64,000 nt of DNA, taken from contig CAWJBB010000046.1 in assembly GCA_963840855.1 (NCBI GenBank), forward strand, positions 96,001 through 160,000, read 5' to 3'. The stretch comes from an uncultured delta proteobacterium (GTDB taxonomy: Bacteria > Desulfobacterota > Binatia > UBA9968). The notes below the pieces were generated by a model, which saw nothing but the letters and a program-made list of their open reading frames with translations, made no database searches and was not told the origin of the DNA. This document shows positions 58,821 through 64,000 of the stretch, piece after piece. A program made the translations under genes and the position numbers. Position 1 is the stretch's first letter. Every line of letters begins with the position of its first letter.

Positions 58821-58945
58821 ATCCGATGATCATCGGTTTAGATCGTCACGCGTACGGCGCAGCACCGGTAGAACGGCGTCCATTGACTTGTCATGGGGTT
58901 TTCCGATAGCTATCGAACACAACTCATAGATACGGGAGGTGTGTC

Positions 58946-59614
58946 ATGGGACAAATCGTCACTTTCAAACGGCCGGACGGCAATGATTGTAACGGCTATC
59001 TCGCCAGTCCCGCCGCCGGCGATCAAGGGCCGGGGGTGGTTGTCATTCAAGAGTGGTGGGGTCTCAACGATCAGATCAAGGGCGTTGCCGATAGATTCGC
59101 GGCCCTCGGTTATCGCGCTTTGGTGCCGGACCTATACAAAGGAAAAGTGGCCCTCGATGTCGCCGAGGCCAAACACATGATGACCAACCTCAACTTCGGC
59201 GACGCGGCCACTCAAGATGTTCGCGGGGCGACACAATATTTGAAGCAATCCAGCCCCAAGGTCGGCGTGGTCGGATTCTGCATGGGCGGCGCCCTCACTG
59301 TGCTGGCGGCGATGTATGTTAAAGAAGCGAACGCCTGCTCGTCGTGGTATGGATTTCCACCCGAACAAGCGGGCGACGTGAAGACCATCACGACACCGTT
59401 GCAGTTGCACTTTGCGGAGCAAGACCAGTCGTTCAGCCCGGAGGGGGCGCGCGGCCTGGAAGCCAAGCTCAAAGAAGGCAAAGTCCCTTTTGAGTCCTAC
59501 TGGTATAATGCCGGCCACGCCTTTTTCAACGAAAAAGGGCCGAACTATAACGCGGAAAGCGCCAAGCTCGCCTGGGACCGCACCGTCGCCTTTTTCGCCA
59601 AACATTTAAAGTAA
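58946..59614 (+). CDS. Dienelactone hydrolase family protein
   Basis: QEWWGL, PDLY, GFCMGG, AGHAFFN. Confidence 0.93.
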   Translation: MGQIVTFKRPDGNDCNGYLASPAAGDQGPGVVVIQEWWGLNDQIKGVADRFAALGYRALVPDLYKGKVALDVAEAKHMMTNLNFGDAATQDVRGATQYLKQSSPKVGVVGFCMGGALTVLAAMYVKEANACSSWYGFPPEQAGDVKTITTPLQLHFAEQDQSFSPEGARGLEAKLKEGKVPFESYWYNAGHAFFNEKGPNYNAESAKLAWDRTVAFFAKHLK

Positions 59615-59744
59615 GCTAGTGGTTCAATTTAGTTTCAACTGGCCCCCGCTTCATTCCCGCGACGCGGGGGGATGAAGGAGGGGGATTAAACGGCTTGAAC
59701 GATTGAAACTTTTTGCACGGGCGCAGTGACACTCCTATATAACA

Positions 59745-60242
59745 ATGACCAAGATCAAAAAAATTCTCGCGCCGGCGGATTTGTCCGAACTTTCAACCTC
59801 GGGGCTGCGCTACGCATTGGACCTGGCGGAGTGGCAGCAGAGCGAGGTCGTCATTTACCATATCATCACCGTCGAGGAGACCCCATTTCCGCAAGGCAAG
59901 GAAGATTGGGTCACGACGCAAGCCGAACACCCAAAAGTCAAAAGAATTCTTGAGCAGCGCCGCAAGCGGCTCGATGCTTTTGTGCGGGCGAATTTCCCCG
60001 ATGGGCTCCCCAACGGCAAAGTGCGCCAGGAGGTAGCCATCGGCACACCATATAAAGCGATCGTTGACGCCGCTGTGGCTGAAGGCGTGGACCTGATCGT
60101 CATGTCCACCCATGGCCGCACCGGCCTCGCGCATATGCTCATCGGCAGCGTCACGGAAAGAGTTTTGCGCCGTGCCCCCTGCCCCGTCCTTGCCGTCCCC
60201 CCGCCGATGAAAGCGAAACGGCCGACCAAACAGACCTCTTGA
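59745..60242 (+). CDS. Universal stress protein
   Basis: ILAPADLS, DLIVMSTHGRTG...GSVTERVLRRAPCPVL. Confidence 0.93.
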   Translation: MTKIKKILAPADLSELSTSGLRYALDLAEWQQSEVVIYHIITVEETPFPQGKEDWVTTQAEHPKVKRILEQRRKRLDAFVRANFPDGLPNGKVRQEVAIGTPYKAIVDAAVAEGVDLIVMSTHGRTGLAHMLIGSVTERVLRRAPCPVLAVPPPMKAKRPTKQTS

Positions 60243-60413
60243 ATTCCGAAATAACCGCACAAAGAAGCTGCGCGCAGCCGGTTCAAGTAGTTCAAGCCGT
60301 CCGAAGCGAAAAGAGTTTATTGAACAATGAACGTATTGAACGATTTGAACGTTTGGAACATACCCGAGCGGAAGGCGTGCCTTCGTGGTGAGACTAGTCA
60401 ACACGGCCGGTTT

Positions 60414-61574
60414 TTATCCGTCTCTAACTACACTCCCTGCGCTCGTGCGCACGAGGGCCGCCTTCGCCGGGTCGCGAATGATCCCTTTTGGGTCCGTGCC
60501 CGCCCGCGCCGCCTGTATGGCCTCGCGCAAGATTCTCCGGAACATAATCACACCCTTGTCCGAAGTGACCAAATGCTCTAGACCATGCAGCGCGATGGGC
60601 CCCTGGCCCTCGACGGCCTCTTTGTCGTCGGGGTGACGCTGCGTGTATTCGTAACTTACATCTCGGCGTCCGCCTGGCGCCAATTGCTCCCGGCCGCTCA
60701 GTTGATCCTGCCCGTGTTCGGGCAGCCAACGGATGCTCGCCCCTAATTGATGGGTATCGTCGACGGGCACGCAGTAGGTTACCGCATGGACGCGTGCCGT
60801 TTTGGGCTCATCGGTATAGACGAGATGAACGTTGAGCGGCATGAGCATTTCCCAGATAAGCTCCCACCATTTGCCGTTGGGCAGTTTGCGCGTGAGCACG
60901 AAGCGCATGCCCATTTCTGTTTCTTCATACTTGAGCTCCTGGGGATCGATGCCATAAGCGGGTGACGGAAACTGAGGTTTGCTGTGCAGCGTGTGCAGCC
61001 AAAAAGTATGCAGCGCGTCCATCAGGTTTTCTTCCGCCTGGAGCCAATTGCAGTTAACCGGCCCGCCAACCCGAGGCCCTATGCGCGCCTTCAACATGCC
61101 GCCATCGTTGCGCCAGATGTCATAGATCGGAAACTCGGGAATCTTTTCCGGCGGTCCCATGTACGCGAAGAGCAAGCCGCTGAATTCGCGCACCGGATAA
61201 CAGGGGTGTTGAAGCTGTTTGAGGAAGGGGTTGTTGGGCGGCTCCAGAGGCATGTCAAGAATGTTGCCTTCGACGTCGTAGAGCCAGCCGTGATAGCAGC
61301 ACCTAAGCCCGCGCTCTTCCACCTTGCCGTACTCCAACGAAGCGCCGCGGTGGCTGCAGCGAAAAAAGAGCAATCCCGCCCTGCCCCTGCCGTCGCGAAA
61401 CGCGACCAATTCCTCGCCGAGAACCAGCACGCGCTTGGGCAAATCGGTTAGCTCCGCAGACAGACACACCGGCTGCCAGTAACGGCGCATCAGCTCGCCG
61501 CAAGGCGTCCCCGGACCCACCCGAGTCAGCTCGGGATCGGGCTCGGGAACTCTTAAGCCATAGGCGCTCTTCAT
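60414..61574 (-). CDS. Rieske non-heme iron oxygenase alpha subunit (phthalate 4,5-dioxygenase-like)
   Basis: VGPGTPCGELMRRYW, CSH...CCYH Rieske motif, EN.MD..H...LH. Confidence 0.9.
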   Translation of the reverse strand: MKSAYGLRVPEPDPELTRVGPGTPCGELMRRYWQPVCLSAELTDLPKRVLVLGEELVAFRDGRGRAGLLFFRCSHRGASLEYGKVEERGLRCCYHGWLYDVEGNILDMPLEPPNNPFLKQLQHPCYPVREFSGLLFAYMGPPEKIPEFPIYDIWRNDGGMLKARIGPRVGGPVNCNWLQAEENLMDALHTFWLHTLHSKPQFPSPAYGIDPQELKYEETEMGMRFVLTRKLPNGKWWELIWEMLMPLNVHLVYTDEPKTARVHAVTYCVPVDDTHQLGASIRWLPEHGQDQLSGREQLAPGGRRDVSYEYTQRHPDDKEAVEGQGPIALHGLEHLVTSDKGVIMFRRILREAIQAARAGTDPKGIIRDPAKAALVRTSAGSVVRDG

Positions 61575-61785
61575 CGGGTTTCCTCCCGGGTAATTGATTC
61601 GATGGGTTGTGGCCGAGGGGATCACAAACAACATACATCTCCTGAATTCTTGTTGCCAAGCGGCCAACCGGTTTCTTACACAGCGTTTCTACATTTGATA
61701 ATGCCGGCGATAATCCATATAGAGGAGTTGATGGATCTCACCATGCCGCGAACCGTCGTAACACTTCACCGGAGGATGAACGCCG

Positions 61786-63366
61786 ATGGGTGAGACCCGC
61801 GTCGACCTCTTACATCTCCTCGAAGACCTGCGGGATGCTTATCCCGGCTCCCTCGAGGAGACGATTCTCACCGAGATCATGGCCAATTCCCTGGACTCGG
61901 GAGCGACGAACATTTCCTTTGACAGCGATCCGGCGGCGCGCACTCTCACCGCCGTGGACAATGGCAGCGGCATGCAGCGGCGCGAGCTGGCGCGCTTTCA
62001 CGACATCGCGGCGAGCACCAAGAAGCGCGGCCAGGGCATCGGCTTTGCCGGCGTCGGCATCAAGCTTGGCCTGCTCGTGTGCGAGGAGGTATACGCCGAG
62101 ACGCGCCGGAAAAAAACCCATGTGGCAAGTTCCTGGCGGTTGTCGTCGCGCCATCGCGCGCCGTGGAAATGGGCGCCGCCCGCCGGCTTGGTCTCGGAGC
62201 GCGGCACGGCGGTCCGGCTCAAGCTGCAGAACGCGCTGTCGCCCCTGCTCGATCCCGGATTTCTGGAAACCATACTGCGCCGCCACTTCCAACCGCTGCT
62301 CGACCCGGCTTTCGATGAATTCTTGTCGGCACACTATCCGAAGGGCATTGCTATCAGAGTCAACGGTCAACCGCTGGATAAGCAATCATGGACCGCCGCG
62401 CACCATGCGCCCTTGGAAATTCGCATGCTGCGCAAGCGCAAGCCTTCCGCGCTTGGTTACCTTAACCGGGAAGAGCTGCCTGTTTCGGAGGATCGGCGCG
62501 GCATCGCCGTCAGCACATTCGGCAAAGTCATCAGGCGCGGTTGGGACTGGATGGGGATGACGCCCGCCACCCCGGAACGCATCGGTGGCCTGATCGAAGT
62601 GCCGGATTTAGCGGCTTGCTTGACACTCAATAAAGGCGACTTTATCCGCGCCGGCGCCCGCGGCGCCACTTATCTGGCGTTTCGCAAAGTGATTCAAGAA
62701 GCGGTTTCCCGGCAACTCGCCACCTGGGGCGACGCACCGTCGTCTAGCGCGGAAGCGCCGCCGCGGGAAGTGCGACCGTTGCAGCGCGACCTGACGCATA
62801 TGCTCGAGGACCTCGCGGCCGATTTTCCCCTGCTCGCGTCGCTCGTGGAGCAACGCGCCGGCGGGCAAAAAAAGCTCCCCCTCGGCGGCAATGGCGACGC
62901 CCAAGCGGCTCGCTCTTTCATGGCTGCGTCGGTCATCCAACGCGCGGAAGACGTGAGCCAAAATGGCGACGCGGCCGCTCCTGAATCCAACGGTGGTGAG
63001 GGTTCTACCGAAACGATAGCAGAGGCGCAAGCCGCCCAGGAGGCTTCGCCCTTACGATTGCCAGCCAGGGGAGGCAGCCGCCGCCCGGCGCATTACGGTC
63101 TCGTCATAGAATTTGAAGACCGCGCCGAGGATGCGGAGATCGGCCGTCTGGTGGATTCCACCGTCTGGGTCAACCGCGCGCACCCCGCTTACCGGCGCGC
63201 TCTGGCCTCGCGCTCCATCGGCTATCACATTGCCCTAGCCGTCGCCATGGCGCTGGCTCCTTTGGCAGTTGAAGCGGCTAACGAACATCGTTTCGTCACC
63301 GCGTTTCTGTCGTGCTGGGGGGCGGTGGTCGATAGGCCCGGCGCGCGCAGCCGGGCAAGGGCGTAA
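61786..63366 (+). CDS. GHKL (HATPase_c) ATP-binding protein of unknown function
   Basis: TEIMANSLDSGA, DNGSGM, GFAGVGIK, GT.V motifs; C-terminal VNRAHP.Y. Confidence 0.8.
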   Translation: MGETRVDLLHLLEDLRDAYPGSLEETILTEIMANSLDSGATNISFDSDPAARTLTAVDNGSGMQRRELARFHDIAASTKKRGQGIGFAGVGIKLGLLVCEEVYAETRRKKTHVASSWRLSSRHRAPWKWAPPAGLVSERGTAVRLKLQNALSPLLDPGFLETILRRHFQPLLDPAFDEFLSAHYPKGIAIRVNGQPLDKQSWTAAHHAPLEIRMLRKRKPSALGYLNREELPVSEDRRGIAVSTFGKVIRRGWDWMGMTPATPERIGGLIEVPDLAACLTLNKGDFIRAGARGATYLAFRKVIQEAVSRQLATWGDAPSSSAEAPPREVRPLQRDLTHMLEDLAADFPLLASLVEQRAGGQKKLPLGGNGDAQAARSFMAASVIQRAEDVSQNGDAAAPESNGGEGSTETIAEAQAAQEASPLRLPARGGSRRPAHYGLVIEFEDRAEDAEIGRLVDSTVWVNRAHPAYRRALASRSIGYHIALAVAMALAPLAVEAANEHRFVTAFLSCWGAVVDRPGARSRARA

Positions 63367-63480
63367 AGCAGAAGAGTTATGTTACAGGATCTCCTCCAGG
63401 CAATTTTTCTTGACAGGTTTAACTCGGAGCACTAGCTTCAAATATCGGCTCCGTCCCCGACCGCGAAAGGAAGCAATCCA

Positions 63481-64000
63481 ATGGCCAACTCATTTCCCAT
63501 CATCGATGCTGACGCCCATGTAATCGAAACCGAGCATACTTGGGATTATCTGGGGACATCCGAACGCAAGTATCGACCGATGCTGTTCTCCACGCCCGAG
63601 GACGCGACGCGCCAGTATTGGGTGATCGACGATAAGATCGCCGGTTTCCGTTTTCTCACGCTCAACGAGCGCGAGCTCCACGAATTCGCCCAGCGTGCCG
63701 GGCGAAATTTCGAGACGCCCCAGGCCGCCCGCGAACTGGACGATGTCGATTTGCGCCTAAAGCACATGGACGAACTGGGCATCGACGTGCAGGTGCTGCA
63801 CAACACCTTTTGGATCGAGCGCATCACCACCAGACCCGAGGCCGAAGTCGCCCTGTGCCGTAGTTGGAACCGATGGTTGGCGGATATTTCCAAGAAAAGC
63901 CGCGGTCGCTTGTTTTACTCCTGCGTGGTGCCGGCGATGAACATCGACGAAGCGATCGAGGAGGTCAAGTTCGCCAAGGAGAACGGCGGCGCGGCCGTTT
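63481..64000 (+). CDS. Amidohydrolase_2 family protein, truncated by window end
   Basis: MANSFPIIDADAHVIE...RLKHMDELGIDVQVL; AAGGA SD. Confidence 0.85.
   Translation, partial: MANSFPIIDADAHVIETEHTWDYLGTSERKYRPMLFSTPEDATRQYWVIDDKIAGFRFLTLNERELHEFAQRAGRNFETPQAARELDDVDLRLKHMDELGIDVQVLHNTFWIERITTRPEAEVALCRSWNRWLADISKKSRGRLFYSCVVPAMNIDEAIEEVKFAKENGGAAV

Overview
Bacterial chromosome window. The many amidohydrolase_2, LLM, TctC and Rieske genes suggest Ca. Binatia / deltaproteobacterial-type host, but this is inference only. (1) A tRNA-Arg(CCT) locus is occupied by two related integrative elements in tandem. Element 1 (~3.4-22.7 kb) restores the tRNA 5' half. Element 2 (~22.7-34.2 kb) restores the 3' half. 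The intact tRNA at 22688-22761 is therefore flanked by an orphan 5' half (3375-3413) and an orphan 3' half (34117-34159). (2) Both elements look like phage satellites with no capsid or tail genes. Each has a lambda-O-like initiator with internal iterons, a DnaB helicase lacking its N-terminal domain, a DUF3854/TOPRIM-like protein, a TerS-like protein, Xis-like HTH genes and a xre-integrase unit. Each core operon starts with a conserved structured leader RNA whose variable segment is complementary to that element's own ribosome-binding region. The element 1 integrase has lost its catalytic Tyr. (3) Host DNA to the right includes an HDO-cyclase-DHDPS operon, an SQR-family flavoprotein with an in-frame UGA plus a SECIS-like hairpin (probable selenoprotein), a dif site where gene orientation converges, miaB, coxDE-like genes, glpX, apgM, hom, an aminotransferase, a PEP-CTERM protein, LLMs, TPR proteins, a Rieske oxygenase and a GHKL ATPase. 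Many single-base frameshifts in housekeeping genes indicate assembly indel errors.
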